From positions 806,001 through 854,945 of the forward strand of contig QPGO01000009.1 of the NCBI GenBank assembly GCA_008632985.1: a stretch of DNA of 48,945 bases. Direction: 5' to 3'. The DNA is from Psammoneis japonica. Lineage: Eukaryota. A program made the position numbers and the translations under genes. The notes beneath the pieces were generated by a model. The model was not told the origin of the DNA and searched no databases. It was given only the letters and a program-made list of their open reading frames with translations. Positions 1 through 11,250 of this stretch are shown here, in pieces; position 1 is the stretch's first letter, and each line of letters opens with the position of its first letter.

Positions 1-3000
1 GTGCTTGCCGAATTTGTGGAGCGCGATCCGGACCATTGTCTGAGCAAGAAATTCACGCAGCTCTGGGAGAACGACGTGTGCTCTTCCCCAGGCCCCTGTG
101 TCCCTCCAGCTCTAGAAGACCTCGAGTCCCACTTCGACACCTGTGATTCAGAGGAAGCCCTCGGCCCGCTCCCGACCGAGCCGAGCCACTGCTTTGACAC
201 GGTTGAGGAGCTCTCTCCGGACTATTTTCGTTTCGACGAGCTGTCCACCAAGTTTGGTTTCGTGGACACCACTCCATGGCAAGACCCTGTGAAGCTTCTC
301 CAGGCAGCTGCTGACGGAACCGAAGCCCATCCCACTCATACCTCTGTGCAGGTGTTGACGGGCCAACGTTCTTCAGCACAACTCGCCGCCGACCCGCAAG
401 CTTTGCTGAGTCTAGCACATGAGCGCCACACCGTCACATGCGACACTGGCGCATCCTCAGCCATTGCTTACGATGAAAACGACTTTATCGGACCTCTGAC
501 GATCCCTGATGGCCCATTGAAGCTTGGGGGTCTAGCAAATGGCTTAACCATCGCCGGCATCGGACCCGTCTCCTGGGTTTTCCATGACGAGGACGGCTCT
601 GAGCTCGTCGTCAAGACGATGGCGTGCCATGTACCTCAGGCCGGACAACGTCTTCTATCCCCACAACGCCTCTACAGCAAGGAACATGGCGTGACAGGAA
701 AACATGAGGGAGACGAGGACTCATTTCGAGTGCATGTTGATGGCGTCGGTTCGCTCAAGGTCGCGTGCGCGTCAAATCACTTGCCGGTTGCGTCTGTGAC
801 CAACGGGGTGGCACCCGCTCCTCAAGTCAATCTGTCTGTGTTGCACGAGGACAACCAGAACCTCACCACCGGTCAGAAGCTCCTTCAAGAATGGCACTTC
901 AGGTTTGGTCACCTGAACATGCCACGCATCCAAGGCCTGCTTCGGGCCGAACCTTTTCTCCGACCCAAATTCAAGCATGCTTCGCGTTGCGACATTCCGC
1001 GGTGCGAGGTGTGCGAACATGCCAAAGGACATCGCCGAACCCTCAAGTCTGCCAAACATGCGGCTACTCCAGAGCGTGAGGGTGCTCTTCGAGCCGAGCA
1101 TCTACGTCCAGGCCAAGCCGTCAGCGTGGATCACTTCGAATCCCGTCTCCTCGGCCGAACCTGCGACTCCTGCGGGAAGGCCTCGTCCCAGCAATGCAAA
1201 GGAGGCTGCATTTTTGTGGATCATGCCTCCGGTTACCTGCGTGTTGAACACCAACTCGGTTTCTCTGCTGTGGAAACGGTGCGAGCGAAGCAAGCGTTTG
1301 AAAAGCACGCGATGGACCACGGCGTCATCATCCAGGAATTTCTTGCCGATTCTGGCGCTTTCAAGGCCAACACTTTTGTGCAACACATGCGACAGCACGA
1401 ACAACGTCTACGTTTTTGCGGAACCAACGCCCACCATCAGAACGGCATCGCAGAACGCGGCATTCGCTCCGTCTCCAACATGGCGAGAGCGATGCTCCTC
1501 CACGCATCCATCCGTTGGAAGGGGGGCANNNNNNNNNNNNNNNNNNNNNNNNNNNNNNNNNNNNNNNNNNNNNNNNNNNNNNNNNNNNNNNNNNNNNNNN
1601 NNNNNNNNNNNNNNNNNNNNNNNNNNNNNNNNNNNNNNNNNNNNNNNNNNNNNNNNNNNNNNNNNNNNNNNNNNNNNNNNNNNNNNNNNNNNNNNNNNNN
1701 NNNNNNNNNNNNNNNNNNNNNNNNNNNNNNNNNNNNNNNNNNNNNNNNNNNNNNNNNNNNNNNNNNNNNNNNNNNNNNNNNNNNNNNNNNNNNNNNNNNN
1801 NNNNNNNNNNNNNNNNNNNNNNNNNNNNNNNNNNNNNNNNNNNNNNNNNNNNNNNNNNNNNNNNNNNNNNNNNNNNNNNNNNNNNNNNNNNNNNNNNNNN
1901 NNNNNNNNNNNNNNNNNNNNNNNNNNNNNNNNNNNNNNNNNNNNNNNNNNNNNNNNNNNNNNNNNNNNNNNNNNNNNNNNNNNNNNNNNNNNNNNNNNNN
2001 NNNNNNNNNNNNNNNNNNNNNNNNNNNNNNNNNNNNNNNNNNNNNNNNNNNNNNNNNNNNNNNNNNNNNNNNNNNNNNNNNNNNNNNNNNNNNNNNNNNN
2101 NNNNNNNNNNNNNNNNNNNNNNNNNNNNNNNNNNNNNNNNNNNNNNNNNNNNNNNNNNNNNNNNNNNNNNNNNNNNNNNNNNNNNNNNNNNNNNNNNNNN
2201 NNNNNNNNNNNNNNNNNNNNNNNNNNNNNNNNNNNNNNNNNNNNNNNNNNNNNNNNNNNNNNNNNNNNNNNNNNNNNNNNNNNNNNNNNNNNNNNNNNNN
2301 NNNNNNNNNNNNNNNNNNNNNNNNNNNNNNNNNNNNNNNNNNNNNNNNNNNNNNNNNNNNNNNNNNNNNNNNNNNNNNNNNNNNNNNNNNNNNNNNNNNN
2401 NNNNNNNNNNNNNNNNNNNNNNNNNNNNNNNNNNNNNNNNNNNNNNNNNNNNNNNNNNNNNNNNNNNNNNNNNNNNNNNNNNNNNNNNNNNNNNNNNNNN
2501 NNNNNNNNNNNNNNNNNNNNNNNNNNNTGAAAATCGAAATTGACGCGCCACTCCACCGACGTGCATGGGAAATGGTGCCAAGAACGGCAGACATGAATGT
2601 GCCACCCGGCACATGGGCTTTCAAACTCAAACGACTCCCGGATGGCACGCCCTTGAAATGCAAGGCACGACATTGCGTTCGCGGCGATTTGCAGAAACAC
2701 GGGATCGATTTTTTCGAGACCTGCGCGCCGGCAGTGCAATGGTCGTCCATGCGCCTTCTCCTCACCACGGCACTCAAGGAAGGTTGGGCTGCACGTCAAG
2801 TGGACTGTGCCACAGCCTTCTGCCAAGCTGACATCAAGGAGAAGGTCCATGTAGAGCCTCCCAAGGGTTTCCAACCAAAATCGGGCGCCGATCTGGTGCC
2901 AAAATTGTTGAAAGGCCCACATGGCCTACGCCAGTCTCCCAAGTGCTTCTGTGAAAAGCTGAGGGACGGATTGCTCGAAAGAGGATGGATTCAATCCGCC

Positions 3001-4134
3001 ATTGACCCTTGTCTTTATTTCAAAAAGGGCATGTTGTGTGTGGCACATGTTGATGATGCCGTGTTCGCCGGCGCATCGGCCCAAGCCTTGGAAGCAGAGA
3101 TTGCCAAGTTGGGCATTTCCAACGATGAGCAACGCCATGTCTTTGATCTACGTGATGAAGGCGAAGTCGGCAACTTTCCAGGTGTCAAGATTCAAAAGCT
3201 CGAAGACGGCCGATTCCTCCTGACCCAACCCGGCCTAATTGAGAAAGTTCTCCGAACCGCACAGATGACTGAGTGCAACGGCGCACCCACTCCTGCCTTG
3301 CCTGCTCCTGCTGGCAGCGATGCCGACGGGCCACCGTTCGAAGAGCCTCATGACTGCCGTTCCGTGGTCGGCATGCTGATGTGTCTAGCGTCCAACAGCC
3401 GCCCGGACATTGCTTGCATGACCCATCAAGTCGCACGGTTCTCCTGCGCACCCAAGGCCTCCCACGCTGCGGCCATCAAGCGCATTCTTCGTCACCTGAA
3501 GGATGNNNNNNNNNNNNNNNNNNNNNNNNNNNNNNNNNNNNNNNNNNNNNNNNNNNNNNNNNNNNNNNNNNNNNNNNNNNNNNNNNNNNNNNNNNNNNNN
3601 NNNNNNNNNNNNNNNNNNNNNNNNNNNNNNNNNNNNNNNNNNNNNNNNNNNNNNNNNNNNNNNNNNNNNNNNNNNNNNNNNNNNNNNNNNNNNNNNNNNN
3701 NNNNNNNNNNNNNNNNNNNNNNNNNNNNNNNNNNNNNNNNNNNNNNNNNNNNNNNNNNNNNNNNNNNNNNNNNNNNNNNNNNNNNNNNNNNNNNNNNNNN
3801 NNNNNNNNNNNNNNNNNNNNNNNNNNNNNNNNNNNNNNNNNNNNNNNNNNNNNNNNNNNNNNNNNNNNNNNNNNNNNNNNNNNNNNNNNNNNACCTCCCA
3901 GCATCCGTTGTGTACGAAGACAATGCTGCCTGCCTCCAACTCGCCCGTGTGCCAAAATTGTCCCCACGAACCAAGCACATCGGCATTCCCCACCATTGGT
4001 TTCGTACTAAAGTTGAGGCTTTGGAGATCAAAATTGAGCCTGTGAGCTCAGCTGCACAGCTTGCTGACCAGTTTGCTAAAGGATTGACTGTTGATCTGTT
4101 CCGCACTGGCCGCAAAGCCCTCATGGGCTGGTGA
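1..4134 (+). mobile_element. Ty1/copia (CoDi-like) LTR retrotransposon pol: protease, GAG-pre-integrase, integrase, RT, RNase H; 5'-truncated by the window, gapped, and degenerate through TpA mutation
   Basis: Copia domain order: CDTGAS protease; WHFRFGH...CEVC zinc motif; integrase VSVD...DSG...QNGIAER; RT KARHCVRG, HGLRQSP, HVDD, RPDIA; RNase H EDNAAC...RTKHI...QLADQFAKGL. Confidence 0.95.
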
Positions 4135-4160
4135 CTGACAGTTCTCCTTCTCTTTTCGGT

Positions 4161-4432
4161 TGAGAGGGAGAGTCACGAGTCAACAACCGAGTCTGATTCA
4201 CGGATGACGCTCCCGGTCATGGATCTCTTCTTCCGGAAGAAATGTCCGTTGAGTCTTCTAGCGACAGCAATCGGAGTGACACACACGACCGTCAGGTCAT
4301 GATGTCATCTCCAATCCCTCGTGAGATCTTCTCACAATTCGCATCTTTAGCGTATCTTATTGTCCCAAAAAAACCTACTTCTTATCATCCTCTGTTGTAT
4401 TGTACAACCTCAAGAGAGTCCTGAACTCTCCA
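4161..4432 (+). repeat. Polypurine tract (TGAGAGGGAG, 4161-4170) followed by the probable 3' LTR; right end approximate
   Basis: Purine run 27 nt after the pol stop. The 5' LTR is outside the window, so the end cannot be confirmed. Confidence 0.55.
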
Positions 4433-4594
4433 TCCTACACAGTGCATTGTTGCATCCCAAGTCTACGATGTGTTGGTGTGCGAGGCTGTATGATTTTGAT
4501 TGTATGTACGGTCACCGCGCAAGCAAGACACGAAGAGGTGCGGTCTGTCCATAGTACCAGTACTGGTACCGGTAGCTACTAGAGCGAGAGAGGT

Positions 4595-4802
4595 TGGGGG
4601 AAGTCTCCAGCCAGCTGCTGGCTGAAGAATCTTGTGTAGAATTTGTACTGAATGAGTCTGTCAATCTGTGCGTTAGGGGGTTTTGATGAACGCTGGACAG
4701 ACTCGTCGTATTCTGTGTACGTAAAAATTCTACTGGCAAAACCCACAAACGCACTGACGAGCAGACTTTTTTCAGCCAGCAGCTGGCTGGAGTCTTCCCC
4801 CA
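4595..4802. mobile_element. MITE (208 bp) with ~35-bp TIRs and a 4-bp flanking direct repeat AGGT
   Basis: Left TGGGGGAAGTCTCCAGCCAGCTGCTGGCTGAAGAA; reverse complement of right end TGGGGGAAGACTCCAGCCAGCTGCTGGCTGAAAAA; AGGT at 4591-4594 and 4803-4806. Confidence 0.85.
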
Positions 4803-4837
4803 AGGTGGACGTGACACTTTCTCTGCCATCAACAACC

Positions 4838-6457
4838 ATGATGGCTTCTCCATCATCCAAACGACAGCCGCCGTTCCTTGCATGCATACTATTACTACTC
4901 GCAAGTAGTATCGTGATTTCCACCAATGCCTTTGTTATAAATTCATTGACAAATCATGCCAATAAGTCGTCATCAAGACTCTACGCAACAACAAAACAAC
5001 AACAAGAACGCTCCAAGATTCGACGAGCCTCCAATTTGTTGACGGATTGGGCACGTAATGATGCGGGTATTCAAATGGGTGGTGGTGTAGAAGTGGGAAC
5101 GAGTGAATTGGGCGGTTTGGGTTTGATTGCGAGCCAAGATTTAACTGCAGGTCAAGTCGTCGTGACGGTTCCGTCTTCGCTCGCACTGTCGGTACAAGTA
5201 CCCGGACAATCGAATAATCTACCACAAGAGTATTTTGATAGCAAGTCTCTCCAAGAACTTTCGTGGTTTGTTCAATTTTCAGCCTATCTACATGTTTTGG
5301 ATCTAGACAAACAAAAGGATAATGTCGACATGAGCGTATGGTTAGATTCGTTGCCACGGTCCTTTGATACGCCGCTGCACTGGTCCAAGGAGGCACGAGA
5401 TGAGTTGCAGTATTCCTTTTTACAAAATGCCGTGTCACGACAAGAATCGGAATGGAAGAAACATTACGAAACTGTGAAAAAGTCGTGTTTGGTCGATTTT
5501 TCTTTTGAGAAATTTGTGTGGGGCGCCGAATGTGCTCGATCTCGTGCCTTTTCGGGAACGACGGGTGCCGCCTTTGATGCCAAACCCTACGTGCTATCGT
5601 TGCTCTTGGTGGTGGTCTATGTGGGTTTGAATTTGGGCACACTGGAACAAGCCGCCAATGGTGCCGCCTTTGTCGTGTGTGCGTCCATTCTCAAGGATTT
5701 TGTTGTTCCAAAACTACTGAAAAAACAAACCTACGTCATTTGTCCCTACATTGACATGGCCAATCACAATTCGCAACAAACGTCCGCAAAGGTCGAATTT
5801 GAATTTTTTGGTAATGCCTACAGTTTGGTGACTTCAGAAGATATCCCGAGAAATTCCGAATTGTTCATTTCGTACGGACCCCGATCCAATGATCAATTGT
5901 TGCAATATTATGGATTTTGTGAAGCAAACAATCCTCATGATGTCTACGTCATGCCGCCTCTACGAGAATGGGATATCGATGCACTCGAACAAGCCACCGG
6001 ACGCCAATTTGCTCCGGGACGATTGGAAAAATTAAATCGTGCCGGATTGTTGGGGAGTAGTAGTAATGAGAATAATAATGGAGACGATGACATGGAGAAT
6101 GCAGCTGCCAATCGGTCACGTGGGGGTGTCGTGGTGACAAGGGCGGGTGGTGTCGATCCTGCCGTGATGCAAGCCTTGCGGGCTTTGGTGTCGTCCCAAG
6201 AGGAATGGACCAATGCCGGTGAGGCCATTGGTAATTTTGCCCAAGAAGTGGGACCTGACAATGAGCGTGCCACCCAAATTGCGGCCCGGACCGCACTGGA
6301 ATTGGAACTCGAATCCAAACCCACCACGATTCAACAAGACGAGGAGTTGTTGAAGCGAATTCCCAAAAAGGGAGCTGATGCGGAGGATGTTTTGGCGATT
6401 CAATTTCGATTGGAAAAGAAGAAACTATTGGAGGAAACCATCAAGGCGTTGCAGTAA
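4838..6457 (+). CDS. Plastid-targeted SET-domain lysine methyltransferase (Rubisco LSMT/SETD3-like)
   Basis: GLGLIA, IDMANH, ELFISYG, LLQYYGF motifs and a C-terminal substrate-binding region (TTIQQDEELL...RLEKKKLL). Signal peptide with TNA/FVIN cleavage site; start placed at ATG 4838. Confidence 0.9.
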   Translation: MMASPSSKRQPPFLACILLLLASSIVISTNAFVINSLTNHANKSSSRLYATTKQQQERSKIRRASNLLTDWARNDAGIQMGGGVEVGTSELGGLGLIASQDLTAGQVVVTVPSSLALSVQVPGQSNNLPQEYFDSKSLQELSWFVQFSAYLHVLDLDKQKDNVDMSVWLDSLPRSFDTPLHWSKEARDELQYSFLQNAVSRQESEWKKHYETVKKSCLVDFSFEKFVWGAECARSRAFSGTTGAAFDAKPYVLSLLLVVVYVGLNLGTLEQAANGAAFVVCASILKDFVVPKLLKKQTYVICPYIDMANHNSQQTSAKVEFEFFGNAYSLVTSEDIPRNSELFISYGPRSNDQLLQYYGFCEANNPHDVYVMPPLREWDIDALEQATGRQFAPGRLEKLNRAGLLGSSSNENNNGDDDMENAAANRSRGGVVVTRAGGVDPAVMQALRALVSSQEEWTNAGEAIGNFAQEVGPDNERATQIAARTALELELESKPTTIQQDEELLKRIPKKGADAEDVLAIQFRLEKKKLLEETIKALQ

Positions 6458-6608
6458 GAGAGATACTCTTTCACTTTGTAGAGCTTTCGAGATCCATACC
6501 TTCAAAACGGAAACACAGCTCCCTCACTGTCGCGGAGAAATAATACCTTCCCTGGAGTACATTACTCTGTTTTTATGTACTACTTGTAGCTAGAGTTTAC
6601 ATGAAAAG

Positions 6609-8678
6609 TCACACAGACATGGCCTCATTCAGCTCATTTACAGCCACGGCCACATCCTGCGCTTTCGTCACGGCGCCAATGACAGCCACACAATCGGCTC
6701 CAGCATGCTTGACAAAGGATGCCGTTTCGGCATTCCCAATTCCTCCAATGGCAACAAATGGCATGTCGGGTGGTATCAATTGTCTCCATTTCGTAACCGT
6801 CTCCAAACCCTGTGGATCAAATGCCACGTTTTTACTCGCCGTCCCAAACACGGGACCCATGCTAATGTAAGATGGTTTCACTCCGAGTGCAACCGCCAGC
6901 TCTCCATAGGAATGTGTCGAAATACCTAGAGCCATGTTGTTTTCTTTCATGGTTTCCAAACCTCCTTTTTGAATGCACTTGTACAAGTCTTCTTGACCCA
7001 AATGAACACCAAAGCAACCGGCTTGACAAGCCGCATCCCAATGATCATTGATCCACAATCGGACATTGCTCTTGCCGCAAATGTCTTGACATTTTCGAAC
7101 CCGTTCCAGTATTTGTTGCGGATCGTTGGTGTCTTTGAAACGCAATTGAATATCTGTCACGCCCTCTGTCGCAGCCAAACGCTCTACCCATTCGACCGTG
7201 TCGACAATGGGAAGAATGCGGCCCAAACACAAAGCATTGTCGTTATTGTTGGTGCTACTACTCCAAGGAGACATGGGACGAAACGGCGCTGTGGCAGCAT
7301 CAGAAGAAGCTGTTGGATCCATTACAATGGAAGGAAAGTACCGAAAGGAGGACGGGAATTCTGTATGAATAACTGGTCCAGGACCTTGGCCAATCTGCAA
7401 CATACAATAAAGAAAGAGAAAAGCGTTTGGCGACGGCGTTCAGTATTGTTATGGCACAAGACAGGCAATACACTACTAGTACTTACACCACCTCCAACCT
7501 CAATACCCTTTGTCACATAGGCCTTGGCCAAGCAACAAGCATCTACTGAAAAGATTGCACTCGTGGCTCCACTACTACCACTACTACTACTACTACCATT
7601 GCTTCGTGCAGCGTGGCCAAGCGCCAGTGAGCAAGCAATAGCGGACGACAAGGTACAACCCGTCCCATGAGTATGCTCTGTATCGTAGCTACAATGGAAA
7701 AAGGAAGGGCGGAGGAGAATAAGTATGAGCATCATGAATTGACCCACATTAATGATAATCAACGATTTGACGTACCGATTGGTCCGAAGCCATACACCCA
7801 AATGCCCATCACACAATCGTTCTTCTTCATCATCATTCGAAGGTTTTGTCGAAAGAAAATAGTCTTGAGCATATCCCAAGGTCACCTTTACACCTTCTGA
7901 CGCTTCTGCATTATTATTTGTGGAGGATTCCGTCAAGGTATGACCGCCCTTGATGAGAACGGCCTTGACACCCATGGCAAGCATGTCGCGTGCGCCTACA
8001 TTACGCGAAAATAGCACGTTAGTTTTTATGGTCAACCCCAAACCACAGAAGACGATCAAACAGGAACACCACTTGTATATACTCGTACTCACCTTTTTCA
8101 ACATCTTGTGGTGTTTGCAATTTTCGGTCCAATAGAGCTTCGGCTTCAAATTTGTTGGGTGTCAAAATATCGACATATGGAAAGATTTGGTCCATCATGG
8201 CTTGTTTGGTTTCATCATTGATGAGTTTGTGCCCCGAAGTGGAAATCATGACGGGATCCAAAACGATAAAGGGCCGGTCTTTTCGAGACACTTGCTCCTT
8301 GACAAAGGCACCTACAGCCTCTGCCAATTCTCGTGTACCCAACATTCCAATCTTGATGGCTCGTGGCGGCATGTCACTCGAGAGTGTGTTTAGTTGCGTC
8401 GTGAGAAATGTAGCGGGAGGAGTGTGAACGTCCGTCACGCCCACTGAATTTTGAGCCGTAAGACAGGTAATGGCCGAACATCCGTGTCCTCCCATGGCAT
8501 GAATGGCATGCAAATCGGCTTGGATTCCAGCGCCTCCACCCGAATCCGATCCGGCAATCGTGTACACAACGGGAGGCGGTGATGATGATGCTAATGCGTG
8601 GCACGGGGAGGACGTCATGGTCAATAGTTGTAGAGCAGTAATGCAAGCAGTAAACCAAGGATGAAGCATAGAAAGCAT
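6609..8678 (-). CDS. TH1: Bifunctional HMP-P kinase / thiamine-phosphate synthase (ThiD-ThiE fusion), 4 exons
   Basis: IAGSDSGGGAGIQAD, LDPVM, TPNKFEA, LIKGGH, HGTGCTLSSA (ThiD); QLRFK, INDHW, GVHLGQED, GISTH, VAIGGI (ThiE). Introns 7996-8092, 7689-7775 and 7395-7486 are all GT-AG and keep frame; N-terminal signal peptide. Confidence 0.95.
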
Positions 8679-9097
8679 GTGATATCGACAGGCTGCCCTT
8701 GCTTGGAAGGCCTCGCTCTACCTACTTCTGTTTCACAGCAACGACCGACGACCGGAGTTGTGGCGATGATGTGTGCGATGTTGCCGTTTTCATGGTGCGA
8801 TCCGGGTGATCCGGGAAGCCGCAGACCGATCGCGCGCCCGCGCAACAAAAATGAGGATGACGTCATCGTTCACAACTCGTGATTGAAACAATTCCATTCA
8901 CGTTTCTTCCCGTGTCAAAATCTTCCGCGAAAAAGATCTCCATCTTCACAACCTCCTGACTTGGAACAGGAAGAAACAAAGGATCGCCGTCAACTTGTCA
9001 ATACGGTACAAAAGAGAGAGCTAAAGTTCGAATATCCCCACTCAAGTGCTCTCCGTTCCGACTACTACAACTGTAGAGGAAAACAGATTCGTCCAAG

Positions 9098-10686
9098 ATG
9101 ACATCATCTGAAAAACAAGGAGCTCCGTTACCCGCCTCGCACACGGTACGTTGGATACTGGTTGCGACTGGAATGCTCCAAATCACCTTGGGCGCTGGTT
9201 TGGTGGTTGGATGGGCTGGAATTGCGGGTTCCATCTTGACAGCAACACGAGTCAGTGGTGGAGCGGGTCTCACCTTGGATGAAACCACAACCTTGTACGG
9301 CTTTGCGGCAGCTTCCAATTACTTGTCACCCATTTTCTTGGGAGCCATTTTAGATCACCGTGGGCCTCGAACAGCGTCCTTTGTGTCCAATGCCCTCGTG
9401 GCGGTCGGGTGTTTGTTGTTTGGTCAAGCAACCACTTTTCGGCAATTTGCGGTAGCAATTTCCATGGTGGCGTTTGGTGGACCGGGTGTGCAGACGTCAG
9501 TTATTCATACAGCCAATCTCTTTCCGGCCAATCGATATTTTGTCATGGGACTTGTCGGTGAATGTATTACACTCAGTTTTGCCGTTTTCCCATTGATGGA
9601 TGTGATTTGGCAAACCTATGACGTGGATTTTGAAACGCTCTTTTACGGACAGGCAATCTTGGTGGCACTTTCGGCCATTACCTCGTTGTGCATCTGGCCC
9701 GACACACCGTATGAACACGTTCATGTTGAAGAAGAAAATAAGACGGCCGACGCTGGAGAAACCGAAAGCGAGAAATTGCTATCCTCAGTCAAGGAAAAAA
9801 CAGATCCACCACTTCAGGAACAGTCGCTCATCAAACAACTCACCAGCGGAGCTTACATTCGGCTCAGTATATTCTTTCTTGTCACCTCCTTTTATGCCAA
9901 TCTTTACATTGCCACGGTGACGACAGAGGTAAGTGTATGTGTTGAGAACCAACTTGCTTTATCATTACTTGTCATCTCATACCTACTATTCACGTTTCGT
10001 AATTCGAACAGCTTGGAGACACACAACAGTTTACTTTTGAAACTCAGCATCAATTGGCAAGCACGCTGAGCTTTATTGATGCCGCCGCCATTCTCTGCGC
10101 TCCACTATCCGGATACTTGTTGGATTCGGTCGGTTTTGGCGCGGCAGCCGTGGTTGCAATTTCCTTGGGTATGGGACAAATGATTCTCCTCTTGGTAGCC
10201 AACATGGACATGTTGGATTCTTCCTACGACAGTCCCGATTTTCCCTTCATCATGGCAATCATGATTGCCAGCTTTATCTGTTATGCAGCATTTCGAGCCT
10301 TTTTGTTTCCTTACTTTTTTGCCAATCTATCCAGAAAACTGGGATTTCGCTTTTTTGGCATCTTGTCGGGATTATCCTTTTGTGCGTCTGGACTTTGTCA
10401 ATTGGCCATTGCGCCTCTCTCCAAGTTGGTAGACGGAGAATGCCACCACATCATGGACAATACGTTTGAAGAGTACCACAATGAAGACTGCGATCAAGGA
10501 AATTGGAAGCTGTTGCACGTCATTCAGTTGGTGAATTTGGCATTGCTCTTTCTTATCCCCTACTTTGATACACGCTCAAGTTCCATTGCTGCGGCCGAGG
10601 AAAAGACTCTTCAAAACACCGACTCTGAATATGGATCCACGAGCAGTACGGACGGAGACGGTGTGATTGGAGTTCAAGTGTACTAG
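9098..10686 (+). CDS. MFS transporter, SLC43/LAT3-FMP42-like, 2 exons
   Basis: About 12 hydrophobic segments and MFS motif A (GAILDHRGPR; GYLLDSVG). Intron 9929-10011 (GTAAGT..CAG) joins two ORFs in frame. Confidence 0.85.
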
Positions 10687-10963
10687 TATATAGTACGCAA
10701 CTTCAGTTAATTTTGTACATACTACACACGCGACATGAATTCATACTAAGGAGACAACGAGCTCTGTTGGTCTGTTGGATTTGAGCGAGGGGAAGACAAC
10801 GATCGCGGTTGACGGGATGCAGGGTTTTTCACAGACCAGAGATATCATAAATCAATGTTTTACCATGACGACTTTGAGCGTTGCAGTGATGTGAAGATTT
10901 GCGCCACGAATCAAACCCTTGCGTGGTTTTCAATCCGAACAAAACTCAATCTTTTCCAAATTT

Positions 10964-11127
10964 CTAACACGTGACTTGGCATAACGTGTTAAGGAGTAGC
11001 TGTGCTTTCCACCGATTCACTAGCCCTATGCCCCCCGTCTATTGAGCAGTTGTTGTCCATGTAGCAAGCTCTTGTAAACTGATAGAAGTCGAGAAATTGG
11101 CGATTCTGAACCAGCGGTAGAGTTTGA
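10964..11127 (-). pseudogene. Truncated 3' fragment of the gene at 16699-17736
   Basis: Aligns to 16699-16864 with a 5-nt deletion and a 3-nt insertion; TpA sites are retained. Confidence 0.9.
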
Positions 11128-11250
11128 AATCGACCGAAACGACCGGTGCTCATCATATACTCTAGAGTAGGTCTATCGTTGGATCCTTGTAGGATTAAAT
11201 CATGAACGACCGCAAGCTACCTACACGGCACCTCCTATCTCGGCATCAAG

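Noticed and set aside
977..4124. Long alternative-frame ORFs spanning N runs (also 45032-45635)
   Set aside because: Artefacts of translating assembly gaps.
1..4134. Alternative genetic code or RNA editing as the explanation for Tyr->Cys/His
   Set aside because: Neighbouring genes use TAY for conserved Tyr. The changes also hit Leu/Val codons, introns and spacers, and occur in both strand directions.
4554..4569. 16-bp perfect palindrome GTACCAGTACTGGTAC
   Set aside because: Single occurrence built from GTAC words common in these intergenic regions; no functional support.
4652..4837. N-terminal extension of the SET ORF
   Set aside because: It is largely MITE sequence; the signal peptide starts at 4838.
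6460..9097. TPP riboswitch in or around the thiamine gene
   Set aside because: I saw no CUGAGA / ACCUGAU / GCGNAGG aptamer arrangement on the sense strand in the introns or flanks; only an Infernal RF00059 search would be decisive.
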